From assembly GCA_964291495.2 (NCBI GenBank), contig OZ219874.1, forward strand, positions 57,127 to 121,126: 64,000 nt of DNA, in the 5' to 3' direction. Shown in pieces: positions 38,236 through 48,740 of this stretch. This DNA comes from Dehalococcoidia bacterium (GTDB lineage: Bacteria; Chloroflexota; Dehalococcoidia; UBA2979). The notes beneath the pieces were generated by a model. That model was not told where the DNA came from and did not search any database. It was given only the letters and a program-made list of their open reading frames with translations. The position numbers were made by a program, and so were the translations under genes. How positions within the stretch are numbered: position 1 is the stretch's first letter; every line of letters starts with the position of its first letter.

Positions 38236-38682
38236 ATGACCGCCGAAGACCGCCTCGACATTCTCGATCAGATCGGCCGCTACTCCTACGCGGTCGACGC
38301 ATTCGACGACGCCGAGTTCGCCGCGCGCTTCACCGCCGACGGCGTCTTCGAACGCCGTGCGATCGGCTCGGAGGGGCCGTACGAGGTGATCGAGGGCCAC
38401 GCGGCGCTGCGCCGCTGGATCCTCGAGATCCTCGAGACGCTCCCCGAGGGCGTGATCACTCGCCACCACCAGCGCGCGACCGTCTTCGACGAACTGGGCG
38501 CGGACGCGGCGAGCACGCGCACGATGATGCTGCTGACCAGCATCGCCCCGGGCGATCGTCACCCGCGCACGGTGAGCAGCGGCGTCTACCGTGACGAGTG
38601 GCGCCGCACGAACGACGGCTGGCGCATCGCGCGGCGCATCGCCGACATGGACCGGCCGGCCCCGGACGCGGCCCGTGGCTGA
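38236..38682 (+). CDS. SnoaL/NTF2-like protein
   Basis: RYSYAVD, FTADG, GVYRDEWRRTNDGWRI. Confidence 0.85.
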   Translation: MTAEDRLDILDQIGRYSYAVDAFDDAEFAARFTADGVFERRAIGSEGPYEVIEGHAALRRWILEILETLPEGVITRHHQRATVFDELGADAASTRTMMLLTSIAPGDRHPRTVSSGVYRDEWRRTNDGWRIARRIADMDRPAPDAARG

Positions 38683-38968
38683 GGTGCGCATCGTCGGCAA
38701 GGCGATGGACGACCTCGCCGACGACTGGCACTGGGTGGTCCTGCACGCCGCCGAGGAGCTGGAGCCGCGCCTCTACTTCACTGCCCGCGTCGACACCGTC
38801 TGCGGGATCCTCATTGCGGACCGCCCGCGGCGCGTGCGCCTCTTCGACATGGGCGCGCCCGACGAGCCGACCTGCCCCACCTGCAACAAGGAGGGCCTGC
38901 CGCCCGGCCTGCTCGCCGACGTGCGCGAGGCGATCGAGCGGGGCGAGCGCGAACCGGCGGCGGTCTAG
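38675..38968 (+). CDS. Hypothetical small protein with putative Zn-finger
   Basis: H...VCG...CPTC; overlaps the SnoaL stop; host-like codon usage. Confidence 0.55.
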   Translation: MAEVRIVGKAMDDLADDWHWVVLHAAEELEPRLYFTARVDTVCGILIADRPRRVRLFDMGAPDEPTCPTCNKEGLPPGLLADVREAIERGEREPAAV

Positions 38969-39009
38969 CCACCCGCCCGGCGGGCGGCGCGGCGGATATA
39001 CTGCGGGCG

Positions 39010-41850
39010 ATGGCCCTCGATCTGTCAGACCGGCCCAATCTGCTCGTCATCCTCGACTCGCACGGCATCATCTATCGCTCGTACTACGCGCTGCGCGACA
39101 GCTTCGCGAGCACCGTGCGCCGCACCGGTGAGCCGGTCTGGGCCGTCTATGGCTACGCCAATTCGCTGCTCTACGTCCTCGATGAGCTGCGGCCGACGCA
39201 CATCATCGCCGCCTGGGACGCCCCCACCCCCACCTTCCGCCACGAGGCCGACGCCGACTACAAGGCGACCCGCGCGCCGACGCCGGACGACCTCAAGCCG
39301 CAGATCGATCGCGTCAAGGACCTGCTGGGCGCGTTCCGCATCCCCGTGATCGAGGCGCCGGGCTTCGAGGCCGACGACGTCCTCGGCACGCTCGCGACGC
39401 AGGCGAAAGCGGCTGGCGTCGAGACCGTGCTCGTGACGCTCGACAACGACATGGTGCAACTCGTGCAGCCGGGCGTGAAGGTGCTGATGTACCGGCCCTA
39501 CCAACGGGATTATGTCCTGTACGACCGGGAGGGGGTGCGTGCGCGCTGGGGCTTCGAGCCCGAGCAGATCCCGGACTTCAAGGCCCTTGTCGGCGACAAC
39601 ACCGACAACATTGCCGGCGTCCGCGGCATCGGCGACAAGGGCGCCAAGGCGCTGATCGGCGAGTGGGGCACGATCGAGGGGATGATCGAGCACCTCGACG
39701 AGATCAAGCCACCGCGCGCGCAGAAGGCGCTCGCCGCCGCCGTCGAGGACGCCCGTCACTACAAGCGCATGGCCACGATCGTCACCGACGTGCCGGACGT
39801 CGCGCTCGACCTCGACGCCGCGCTCGTGCACGACTACGACCGCGCGGCCGTGCTCACGCTGTTCCAGGAGCTGGAATTCCGCTCGCTCGTCGGGCGGCTG
39901 CCACAGCACGCCGACGACGCGCCCGGCGACGGCGCGCAGCCCGAGGGCGCGATCACCAGCGGCGGCGACTACGAGGTCGTGACAACGACCGAGCGCCTCG
40001 GCGAGGTGGTCGAGGCGGTGAAGGCCGCCGGGCGCTTCGGCTTCGAGCTGCTGGCCGACGACGAGCACCCGATGCGCGCGGCCTACGGCCTCGTGGGGCT
40101 CGCGCTCAGCGTCGAGCCGGGCAAGGGTTGGTACCTGCCGTTCGGCCACACGCGCGAGCCGCTGCCGCCGAAGGAGGGCCAGCAGGAGATGATGATGGAC
40201 GCGCCGGAGCCCGAGGCGCCGGTCGTCCAGCTCCCGCGCGCCGCCGTCCTCGAGGCCGCCCGCGCGCTGTTCACGGACCCGGACCTCGAGCGTGTCTCCA
40301 ACAGCGGCAAGACGCAGCTGCTCGCCCTCGCCCAGACGCCGGGCGGTGTCTGGACCGGCAGCATCGACTTCGACACCTCGATCGCCGCGTACGTGCTCGG
40401 CGAGCGAGCGCGTGACATCCGCGGCCTCGCCTTCGAGCGGCTCGGGCACGAGCTGCCGGAGGCGAAGAGCCTGCTCGGCACGGGCCGCAAGGCCATTCCG
40501 TTCTCACGCACCGACCCCGAGGACGCGGCCGGCCTCGCCGCCGGCGCCGCCGACGCGACGTTGCGCCTCGCCGGCGAGCTGCTCGCCGACCTCGAGGCGA
40601 ACGACCTCGATCGCGTCTTCCGCGAGATCGATCTGCCGCACCTGCCGGTGCTGGCGCGCATGGAGCAGTACGGCCTCGCCATCGACCGCGAGGCGCTCGC
40701 GATCCTCGGCGCGGAGCTGGCCGATCTGACGGAAGGAGCACAGGACGAGGTCTTCTCCGCCGTCGGCCACGAGTTCCAGATCGGCTCGCCGCAGCAGCTC
40801 TCGCACGTGCTCTTCGAGGAGCTGGAGCTGCCGAAGACGCGCAAGACCGCGACGGGCTGGACGACGGACGCGAACGCCCTCGAGCCGCTGCGCCAGGCGC
40901 ACCCCGCCGTCGAGGCGGTGCTGCGCTGGCGCGAGCTGACGAAGATTCGATCGACCTACGTCGATACGCTGCCGGGGCAGATCCACCCGGTGACCGGCCG
41001 CGTACACACGGTGTTCTCGCAGACCACGGCGGCCACCGGACGGCTCTCCTCGAACGACCCGAACCTGCAGAACATCCCGGTGCGCACGGAGATCGGCGCG
41101 GCCGTCCGCAACGCCTTCATCGCGCGTGACTGCGGCGAGGACCCCGTGCTGCTCTCGCTCGACTACTCGCAGATCGAGCTGCGCATCCTCGCCCACGTCT
41201 CGGGCGACGAGGAGCTGCGGCGCGCCTTCCTCGATGGTGAGGACATCCACCGCGCGACGGCGGCGAACGTCTTCCACGTCGGCGCCGACGAGGTGGACGC
41301 GGAGATGCGGCGGCGCGCGAAGGTGTTCAACTTCGGCGTCCTCTACGGCCTCACGGCGTTCGGCCTGTCGCAGCGCGAGGGCATCCCGCGCGACGAGGCC
41401 GAGGAGTTCATCCGCGCCTACTTCGCCGCGTACCCGCAGGTCGCGCACTGGCGTGACGCCGTCGTCACCGAGGCGCGCGAACGCGGCTACGCCGAGACGC
41501 TGACCGGCCGCCGCCGCTACATCCCGGATCTGCGCACGCGGAACCACAACCGCCGCCTCGCGGCCGAGCGGATCGCGATCAACATGCCGATCCAGGGCGC
41601 GGCCGCCGACATCATCAAGATCGCCATGAACCAGATCGACGCCGAGCTGATCGCCCACCGCGCCAACGGCGGCAAAGCCCGCATGGTGCTGCAGGTCCAC
41701 GATGAGTTGTTGTTCGAGCTGCCTCGCGAGGAGCTCGACGCGGTGCGCGAGATCGCCCGCCGCCTCATGCCGGCCGTGCAGCTCTCCGTGCCGCTCGACC
41801 TCGACGAGAAGCACGGCCGCTCGTGGGGCGAGATGGTCGAGACGGCGTGA
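39010..41850 (+). CDS. polA: DNA polymerase I
   Basis: 5'-3' exonuclease (FEADD, GIGDK), TGRLSS, DYSQIELR, QVHDEL. Confidence 0.97.
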   Translation: MALDLSDRPNLLVILDSHGIIYRSYYALRDSFASTVRRTGEPVWAVYGYANSLLYVLDELRPTHIIAAWDAPTPTFRHEADADYKATRAPTPDDLKPQIDRVKDLLGAFRIPVIEAPGFEADDVLGTLATQAKAAGVETVLVTLDNDMVQLVQPGVKVLMYRPYQRDYVLYDREGVRARWGFEPEQIPDFKALVGDNTDNIAGVRGIGDKGAKALIGEWGTIEGMIEHLDEIKPPRAQKALAAAVEDARHYKRMATIVTDVPDVALDLDAALVHDYDRAAVLTLFQELEFRSLVGRLPQHADDAPGDGAQPEGAITSGGDYEVVTTTERLGEVVEAVKAAGRFGFELLADDEHPMRAAYGLVGLALSVEPGKGWYLPFGHTREPLPPKEGQQEMMMDAPEPEAPVVQLPRAAVLEAARALFTDPDLERVSNSGKTQLLALAQTPGGVWTGSIDFDTSIAAYVLGERARDIRGLAFERLGHELPEAKSLLGTGRKAIPFSRTDPEDAAGLAAGAADATLRLAGELLADLEANDLDRVFREIDLPHLPVLARMEQYGLAIDREALAILGAELADLTEGAQDEVFSAVGHEFQIGSPQQLSHVLFEELELPKTRKTATGWTTDANALEPLRQAHPAVEAVLRWRELTKIRSTYVDTLPGQIHPVTGRVHTVFSQTTAATGRLSSNDPNLQNIPVRTEIGAAVRNAFIARDCGEDPVLLSLDYSQIELRILAHVSGDEELRRAFLDGEDIHRATAANVFHVGADEVDAEMRRRAKVFNFGVLYGLTAFGLSQREGIPRDEAEEFIRAYFAAYPQVAHWRDAVVTEARERGYAETLTGRRRYIPDLRTRNHNRRLAAERIAINMPIQGAAADIIKIAMNQIDAELIAHRANGGKARMVLQVHDELLFELPREELDAVREIARRLMPAVQLSVPLDLDEKHGRSWGEMVETA

Positions 41851-41871
41851 GCCGCCGTCTCGTGACCGGCG

Positions 41872-42702
41872 ATGCCTGAGCTGCCCGAGGTCGAGACGAT
41901 CCGCCGCGGCCTCGAGCCGCGGATCGTCGGCCGCACCATCGAGGCGGTGCGCATCCACGCCGGCGCGGAGCGCCTGGCCGTCACCCACTCGCCGCGCGAG
42001 CTGGAGGAGGAGTTGGCCGGCCTGCGCATCGAGGCGCTGGGACGCCACGGCAAGTACCTGATCGCCGCCCTCGACGACGGCCGCAGCTGGGTGATGCACC
42101 TGCGCATGACCGGCGTGCTGCTGATCGGCGATCGCTCGGCCCCGAGTGAGCGCTTCGAGCGCGCGCGCGTCGACCTCGACGACGGCTGCACGCTGCGCCT
42201 CAACGACATCCGCAAGTTCGGCACCTGGCACCTCGTCGAGGACCGCGCCGAGGCGATGCCGCGCATCGGACCGGACGCGCTCTCCGGGGAGTTCAGCGTG
42301 CGCTGGCTGCGTGACGCGCTCGGGCGGCGCACCGTGGCGGTGAAGTCGGCGCTGCTCGATCAGCGGGTGGCGGCTGGGGTCGGCAACATCTACGCCGACG
42401 AGGCGCTGTGGATCGCCTGCATCGACCCGCGCACGCCCGCCGGCTCGATCGGCCCGCGCCGCGTCGCGCGGCTCCACGCCGCGCTGCTCAAGACGCTGCG
42501 CGACGGCCTGGCCGACGGCGGCAGCTCCTTCGACGAGTACCGGGACGCCTTCGGACTCACGGGCGGCCACCACCTGCGCGTGCACGTCTTCCGCCGCCAG
42601 GGCGAGCCGTGCGAGCGCCCTCGTTGCCGCGGACGCGGGATCCGCAAGATCCGCCTCGGAGGCCGCGCCACGCACTACTGCGCGAGCTGCCAGCGCCGCT
42701 GA
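41872..42702 (+). CDS. mutM: Formamidopyrimidine-DNA glycosylase
   Basis: MPELPEVE, HLRMTG, GVGNIYADE, C-terminal Zn finger. Confidence 0.96.
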   Translation: MPELPEVETIRRGLEPRIVGRTIEAVRIHAGAERLAVTHSPRELEEELAGLRIEALGRHGKYLIAALDDGRSWVMHLRMTGVLLIGDRSAPSERFERARVDLDDGCTLRLNDIRKFGTWHLVEDRAEAMPRIGPDALSGEFSVRWLRDALGRRTVAVKSALLDQRVAAGVGNIYADEALWIACIDPRTPAGSIGPRRVARLHAALLKTLRDGLADGGSSFDEYRDAFGLTGGHHLRVHVFRRQGEPCERPRCRGRGIRKIRLGGRATHYCASCQRR

Positions 42703-42827
42703 CCGTCCGCGAGGGCAACACGCGGCCCGGCACGGCCCGATGGTCCTCGCTTGTAGGGGCCGAAACGCGCTGGTACGGTCCGCACGGTCGACTCACCGAC
42801 GCCGGACTGAGGACAGGGCGGGACGGC

Positions 42828-43733
42828 GTGATCGTGCTGCTGTGGGGCGTGCTTATCGGGATCGCGGGCGTCCTGCTCGCCTGCGTCATCGCGGCGTTCT
42901 ACCTGGCCGAGCTACTGACACGGACCAAGCGCTGGCGCGTTGCCGGCAATCCCGCAGATCTGCGGCTGCGTCACGACGAGATCGAGCTCGTTGCGGCGGA
43001 CGGTGTGTGGATCCGCGGCTGGTACATGGAATCGCCCGGCGCGCGCGCCACGGTCGTCCTCGTCCACGACACCGCTGGTACCCGCTCCGATCCGAGCCAG
43101 GGTCTGCTCGACCTCCAGCGCGACTACCTCCGCCGCGGCATCAACGTGCTGAGCTTCGACCTCCGCGGGCGCGGTGAGTCCGAGGGCGATGACGACCACC
43201 TCGGGGCGGCCGAGCTGGCGGATGTCGAGGCTGCGGTCGCCTACGCCAGGAGCCACGGGGCGGACACTCCGCTGTTCGTGCACGGCTTCGGGATGGGCGC
43301 CGCGCTCGCGCTGATGGTGGCTGCGCGAGACCCCGCCATCTCCGGCGTGATAGCGGACTCGCCTTTCGTCTCGATGCGCAGCCACCTGCGGCATGAGTAC
43401 CGGCGTTGGCCGGAGTTCGTCTTCCTGCTCGCCACCGTGATAGCTCGCCACTTCTTGCACGCCGACATCGACGCCGTCTCGCCGATCCGGGTGATTCCGC
43501 AACTCCAGCAGCCGGTGCTCTACATCCACGCCGAGGCCGACCCCGAGGTACCGGTGGAGCACACGCTGAACCTCGGAGCCGCCTCGCTGAATGCAGACGA
43601 CGCGATCTGGATCTCAGCAGCCGGCGGGCACTGCCAGACGTACCTCGACGACCCGGCCAGCTACCTCGCACGCTGCATCGGCCACATCAACTTGGTCGTG
43701 TCGCCGCGGCGGCCGCTTGCGCCCGCGCTCTGA
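42828..43733 (+). CDS. Membrane-anchored alpha/beta hydrolase fold protein (GFGMG elbow)
   Basis: N-terminal TM, FDLRGRGES, HGFGMGA, ADSPF, GGH. Confidence 0.82.
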   Translation: MIVLLWGVLIGIAGVLLACVIAAFYLAELLTRTKRWRVAGNPADLRLRHDEIELVAADGVWIRGWYMESPGARATVVLVHDTAGTRSDPSQGLLDLQRDYLRRGINVLSFDLRGRGESEGDDDHLGAAELADVEAAVAYARSHGADTPLFVHGFGMGAALALMVAARDPAISGVIADSPFVSMRSHLRHEYRRWPEFVFLLATVIARHFLHADIDAVSPIRVIPQLQQPVLYIHAEADPEVPVEHTLNLGAASLNADDAIWISAAGGHCQTYLDDPASYLARCIGHINLVVSPRRPLAPAL

Positions 43734-44776
43734 TGCCGCGCGACTCCACGGCTCCGGCGGCGAGCGGGCCGCGCGACGCGATCACGGACGTCGGCGGCAT
43801 CCGCGTCGGACACTGGACGCATCGCCGCTGGGCGACGGGGTGCACGGTGGTGATCTGCGCCGCCGGCGCCGTCGGAGGCGTCGATGTGCGCGGGGCCGCT
43901 CCCGGCACGCGCGAGACGGACCTGCTGAGGCCCGGCAACCTCGTCGAGGAGGTGCATGCCGTCGTGCTCTCCGGCGGTTCCGCCTTCGGGCTCGACGCGG
44001 CCGGCGGAGTCGTCCGCTACCTCGAGGAGCGCGGTATCGGGCTGCACTTCGCGGAGCGCACCATCCCGATTGTCCCGGCGGCGATCCTGTTCGACCTCGG
44101 ACTGGGGAGCGGCGCCCGGCGTCCCGGCGCCGTCGAGGGCGAACGTGCGGCGAGGCGCGCCACCGCCGGGCGGGTCGCGCAGGGCTCGGTCGGCGCCGGC
44201 ACGGGCGCGACGGTCGCCTCGCTGCTCGGCCGCGATCGGGCGCTCAAGGGTGGCCTCGGAACCGCGAGCGAGCGGCTCGAGAGCGGGGCCACCGTTGGCG
44301 CGATCGTCGCCGTGAACGCCGCCGGCGCGATCCGCGACCCGAGCGACGGGTCGCTCGTCGCCGCGCCGCGCGCGGACGAGAGCGGGTTCGTCGACCTCGA
44401 TGCGCACCTGCGGACCGGCCGCCGCTGGCCGGAACTGCCCGACCCGGACGCCGAGGACGGTGAGGACGGCCCGGAGAACACGACGATCGCGGTGGTAGCC
44501 ACGGACGCGCGGCTCACGCGCGAGCAGGCGAACCGGCTGGCGAGCGTCTGCCACGACGGCTTCGCGCGAGCGATCTGGCCCGCGCACTGCCGCAGCGACG
44601 GCGACGTGATCTTCACCCTCGCCACGGGCGCCGTCGAGGTCGACCGCTACGCCTACGCTGCCCTCGAGGCGCTCGCGACGCGCGCGGTGGAGCGCGCGGT
44701 GCTCAACGGCGTCCGCGCGGCCGAGGGTCTCGGGGGCGTGCCGTCCGCCGCCGAGTGGCTGCGGGAGGACCGCTGA
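43733..44776 (+). CDS. DmpA/P1 (S58) family peptidase
   Basis: ITDVGGIRVGH, GAAPGTRET, GGSAFGL, ENTT. Confidence 0.9.
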   Translation: MPRDSTAPAASGPRDAITDVGGIRVGHWTHRRWATGCTVVICAAGAVGGVDVRGAAPGTRETDLLRPGNLVEEVHAVVLSGGSAFGLDAAGGVVRYLEERGIGLHFAERTIPIVPAAILFDLGLGSGARRPGAVEGERAARRATAGRVAQGSVGAGTGATVASLLGRDRALKGGLGTASERLESGATVGAIVAVNAAGAIRDPSDGSLVAAPRADESGFVDLDAHLRTGRRWPELPDPDAEDGEDGPENTTIAVVATDARLTREQANRLASVCHDGFARAIWPAHCRSDGDVIFTLATGAVEVDRYAYAALEALATRAVERAVLNGVRAAEGLGGVPSAAEWLREDR

Positions 44777-44951
44777 GGTCGCGTCCGGACCGCGTCGTCG
44801 CCCGCACGAGAGAGCCAGGAACAGCGCTGCCGGAACGCCCTCGATCGGCCCCCGGAGCGTGCTTCTTTGGGGCGATTGGAGGGCGGACGATGATCGGGGT
44901 TGCGCGCATGCCTATACTGTGCGCGCGTTCGCGCCAGTTGGACCATGCGTA

Positions 44952-44982
44952 TCCGTCTGAATCCCGCCGAGATCGGGACGGA
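44952..44982 (+). promoter_or_regulatory. Candidate pan RNA motif hairpin upstream of panD
   Basis: TCCGTC...GACGGA stem with an internal loop in the panDBC leader. Confidence 0.35.
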
Positions 44983-45069
44983 GTGAGCACACATGACCCC
45001 AGCACCCAGCCCGGCGGCTGACGCCCACCTCGCAGGCCTGCCGGTGCACCATGCGAACGGAGCGCCGCG

Positions 45070-45495
45070 ATGATTCGGATCATGCTGCGTTCCAAGATCC
45101 ACCGCGCCACGGTGACGGCGGCGGACCTCGACTACGAGGGCTCGATCAGCATTGACCAGGCGCTGCTCGACGCCTCCGGCATCGTCGAGTGGGAGCAGGT
45201 GCACGTGCTCAATCTGACCAACGGCGCGCGCCTCGAGACCTACGTGATCCCGGCGCCCGCGGGCTCCGGCGAGATCCAGATCAACGGCGCCGCGGCGCAC
45301 CTCGTCGATCCCGGTGACATGGTCATCATCATGGCCTACGAGGGCGTCTCCGAGGCTCGCCTCGCCGAGCACCGCCCGCGCATCGTGCTCGTCGACGAGC
45401 GCAACCAGGTCGCATCCATCTCATCCACCAACCTCGTCAACGGGGCCCACCCGGTGGAGTCGCCGGGGCCAGTCGTACAGGGGGCAGCACGATGA
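45070..45495 (+). CDS. panD: Aspartate 1-decarboxylase
   Basis: SKIHRATVT, YEGS cleavage site, NGAAAH. Confidence 0.96.
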   Translation: MIRIMLRSKIHRATVTAADLDYEGSISIDQALLDASGIVEWEQVHVLNLTNGARLETYVIPAPAGSGEIQINGAAAHLVDPGDMVIIMAYEGVSEARLAEHRPRIVLVDERNQVASISSTNLVNGAHPVESPGPVVQGAAR

Positions 45496-46472
45496 GCGCA
45501 GGCATGAAGCGGGTGAGCGTCAGCGACCTGCAGCGGATGCGCCGCACGAACCAGCGGATCACGATGATCACGGCCTACGACTACCCGAGCGCGAAGCTCG
45601 CCGATGAGGCCGGCGTCCCGGTCATCCTCGTCGGGGACTCGCTCGGGATGGTCGTCCTCGGCTACGAGTCGACCCTCCCCGTGACGGTGGAGGACATGAT
45701 TCACCACGGCTCGGCCGTGATGCGAGGCTCGGAGCGCGCGCACGTCGTCGTCGATATGCCGTTCGGTTCCTACCAGGCCGGCTGGAAGGATGCGCTGCGC
45801 AACGCAGCGCGGATCATGCAGGAGACCGGGTGCGGCTCCGTGAAGCTCGAGGGCGGACAGCGCTCGGCGGGCATCGTCAAGCGCCTCGTCGAGGCGGGCA
45901 TCCCGGTGATGGGTCATGTCGGCCTCACTCCGCAGTCCGTGAACGCGATGGGCGGCTACAAGATCCAGGGACGCACCCCACGCGATGCCGTGCGTGTCCT
46001 CAACGACGCGAAGGCGCTGGAGGAGGCCGGCGCCTTCGCGATCGTGCTCGAGGTCGTGCCTGCCATCGTCGCCTGGCGCATCACCGAGCGGCTCAGCGTG
46101 CCGACAATCGGCATCGGCGCCGGGCCGTACTGCAGCGGGCAGGTGCAGGTCTTCCACGACATGCTCGGCCTGGACCCGGACATGGACCCGCGGCACGCGC
46201 GGCGCTTCATCGAGGGCGGCGATCTGGTCCGCAACGCCATCACCGAGTACCGCGAGGCCGTCGAGGATGGCAGCTTCCCCAGTCCCGCCGAGTCGTTCTT
46301 CCTCGACGCCGCCAGGCGGCAGCACATCGAGGCGACGCTCGCACGCCACGCGCGCGAAGCCGCGCTGCCGCCCGGCCGTGCGCAGGCCTCCGACAGCGGG
46401 CACACGCCCGACAGCGCGCACGAGGGCGTAGACGCGGAAGTCGCGATGCTCGAAGAGGACGAGGTCGTCTAG
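45492..46472 (+). CDS. panB: 3-methyl-2-oxobutanoate hydroxymethyltransferase
   Basis: TAYD, LVGDSLG, VKLEGG, GHVGLTPQ. Confidence 0.96.
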   Translation: MSAGMKRVSVSDLQRMRRTNQRITMITAYDYPSAKLADEAGVPVILVGDSLGMVVLGYESTLPVTVEDMIHHGSAVMRGSERAHVVVDMPFGSYQAGWKDALRNAARIMQETGCGSVKLEGGQRSAGIVKRLVEAGIPVMGHVGLTPQSVNAMGGYKIQGRTPRDAVRVLNDAKALEEAGAFAIVLEVVPAIVAWRITERLSVPTIGIGAGPYCSGQVQVFHDMLGLDPDMDPRHARRFIEGGDLVRNAITEYREAVEDGSFPSPAESFFLDAARRQHIEATLARHAREAALPPGRAQASDSGHTPDSAHEGVDAEVAMLEEDEVV

Positions 46473-46511
46473 CCCCGCAGGCCGGTGACGCTCAATGGCG
46501 GTGATGCCTCG

Positions 46512-47354
46512 ATGATGATCGTCGCGCGCACGATCGGGGACTTGCGCGCTGCGTTGCGCGCGCCGGCCGCGCCGATCGGCCTCGTGCCCACCATGGGCTA
46601 CCTGCACGAGGGCCACCTCTCGCTCGTCGAAGCGGCTCGGGCGGAGTGCCCGACCGTCGTCGTCTCGATCTTCGTGAACCCGACCCAGTTCGGCCCCAAC
46701 GAGGACTTCGAGGACTACCCGCGCGACGAGGACCGCGACCTCGAGCTGCTCGGCGAGGCAGGCGCGGACATCGCCTTCATCCCGTCAGTCGAGGAGATCT
46801 ACCCGCCAGGCGACTCCACCCGCGTGCGCGTCGGCGGGCTGACGGAGGTGCTCGAGGGCGAGCGCCGTCCCGGCCACTTCGAGGGCGTCGCGACCGTGGT
46901 CTCCCGGCTCTACCTGATGGTGGCGCCGGACCGCGCCTACTTCGGTGAGAAGGACGCGCAGCAGCTCGCCGTGCTGAGGCGCATGACGGCGGACATGCAG
47001 TTCCCGATCGAGGTCGTCGGCTGCCCCACGGTGCGCGAGCCGGACGGCCTCGCGCTCTCCTCGCGCAACATCTACCTCACGCCCGAGGAGCGCGCGCAGG
47101 CACCGGCATTGCACGCGGGCCTCCAGGCCGCCGCCGCGGCCTTCGAGAACGGCGTGCGCGACGCCTCGGCGCTCCGGGCGGTGGTGCGCGACCATATCGC
47201 CGCGCAACCGCTGGCGGAGATCGACTACGTCTCGCTCGCCGACTCGGCGACGCTGACGGAACTCGATGGGCTGATCAAGCCGCCCGCGCTGCTCTCGCTG
47301 GCGGTGCGCTTCGGAGCCGCGAGGCTGATCGACAACGTGACGCTGCGCGCCTAG
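46512..47354 (+). CDS. panC: Pantoate-beta-alanine ligase
   Basis: VPTMGYLHEGH, FGEKD, LSSRN, RLIDN. Confidence 0.96.
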   Translation: MMIVARTIGDLRAALRAPAAPIGLVPTMGYLHEGHLSLVEAARAECPTVVVSIFVNPTQFGPNEDFEDYPRDEDRDLELLGEAGADIAFIPSVEEIYPPGDSTRVRVGGLTEVLEGERRPGHFEGVATVVSRLYLMVAPDRAYFGEKDAQQLAVLRRMTADMQFPIEVVGCPTVREPDGLALSSRNIYLTPEERAQAPALHAGLQAAAAAFENGVRDASALRAVVRDHIAAQPLAEIDYVSLADSATLTELDGLIKPPALLSLAVRFGAARLIDNVTLRA

Positions 47355-47443
47355 CGGCAGCGCGCCGGTGCTACCATGCCCGTACCTGTCGTGAAGCCTG
47401 TGAAGCGGCGTGCGCGCCTCGTCGCCGTTCTCGGGAGGGGTTC

Positions 47444-48196
47444 GTGTCCGGTCACTCCAAGTGGTCCTCGATCAAGCACAAGAAGGCGGCGACCGACGCC
47501 AAGCGCGGCCAGCTCTTCACCAAGCTCGCGCGTGACATCACCGTCGCGGCTCGCGGCGGGGCTGACCCCGACATGAACTCGGCGCTGCGCCTCGCGATCC
47601 AGAAGGCGCGCGACAGCAACATGCCCGGGGCCAACGTCGAGCGCGCTATCCAGCGCGCCACGGGCGGCGGGGATGGCGCCACCCTCGAGGAGATCGTCTA
47701 CGAGGGCTACGCGCCCGGCGGGACGGCGGTGCTGATCCAGACCGTCACGGACAACCGCAACCGCACCGTCGCCGACATCCGCGTCACGCTGAACCGCGGC
47801 GGCGGCACGCTCGCCGAGAACGGTGCCGTCGTCTGGATGTTCGACCTGCGCGGCGTGATCACACTCGACGCCGCCGGCGCCGACGCCGACGAGATCCAGC
47901 TCGCCGCGATCGAGGCCGGCGCCGAGGACGTCAGCGCCGACGACCAGCTCGTCGAGGTGCTGACCAGCCCCGGCGACCTCGAGGCCGTGCGCGCGGCGCT
48001 CACCGAGGCCGGGTTCACGATCGCCAGCGCCGAGATCGCGCAGGTGGCAAAGAACATGGTCGAGCTCGACGAGAAGAACGCCGCCCAGACGCTGCGCCTG
48101 CTCGACCAGCTCGACGAGCTCGACGACGTCTCGCGCGTCTACAGCAACGCCGACTTCAGCGACGAGGTGCTCGCCGCGGCCGGCCTCGGGGAGTGA
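47444..48196 (+). CDS. yebC: YebC/PmpR family protein
   Basis: MSGHSKWSSIKHKK, YEGY, TDNRNRT. Confidence 0.95.
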   Translation: MSGHSKWSSIKHKKAATDAKRGQLFTKLARDITVAARGGADPDMNSALRLAIQKARDSNMPGANVERAIQRATGGGDGATLEEIVYEGYAPGGTAVLIQTVTDNRNRTVADIRVTLNRGGGTLAENGAVVWMFDLRGVITLDAAGADADEIQLAAIEAGAEDVSADDQLVEVLTSPGDLEAVRAALTEAGFTIASAEIAQVAKNMVELDEKNAAQTLRLLDQLDELDDVSRVYSNADFSDEVLAAAGLGE

Positions 48197-48218
48197 CCGG
48201 GGCGTTGGACGGCGCACG

Positions 48219-48740
48219 GTGAGCGAAGGCATACGGCGCGTGATCGGGATCGATCCCGGCCTCGCCGCCACCGGCTACGGCATCATCGACGGCGACGCCC
48301 GGAGCGCCGAGGTGATCGCCTACGGTGCGATTCGCACGCGCACGCGCTGGAGCCGCGCCGAGCGCCTGCACCACATCCACGAGCAGGTGCGGGCGCTGAT
48401 CGAGGAGCACCACCCGCACGAGCTCGCGATCGAGGAGCCCTACGTGGCGAAGAACGCGCGATCCGCCCTCGCGATCGGGGAGGCGCGGGCGGCGGTGCAG
48501 ATCGCGGCGGCCGGACACGCGACCCCCGTCTTCGAGTACCCGCCCGCGACGATCAAGGCCTCGGTGGCCGGCCACGGCGGAGCCTCGAAGGAGCAGGTGC
48601 AGGCGATGGTCACGCTGCAGCTCGGGCTTGCCGAGGCGCCGACACCACTGGACGCCGCCGACGCGCTCGCGATCGCCCTCACGCGGCTCGCCGAGGTCGA
48701 TTTCGAGGCGCGGCTCGCCGGTAGCGGGAGCGGGCCGTGA
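48219..48740 (+). CDS. ruvC: Holliday junction resolvase RuvC
   Basis: GIDPG, AIEE, DAADALAIA. Confidence 0.93.
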   Translation: MSEGIRRVIGIDPGLAATGYGIIDGDARSAEVIAYGAIRTRTRWSRAERLHHIHEQVRALIEEHHPHELAIEEPYVAKNARSALAIGEARAAVQIAAAGHATPVFEYPPATIKASVAGHGGASKEQVQAMVTLQLGLAEAPTPLDAADALAIALTRLAEVDFEARLAGSGSGP

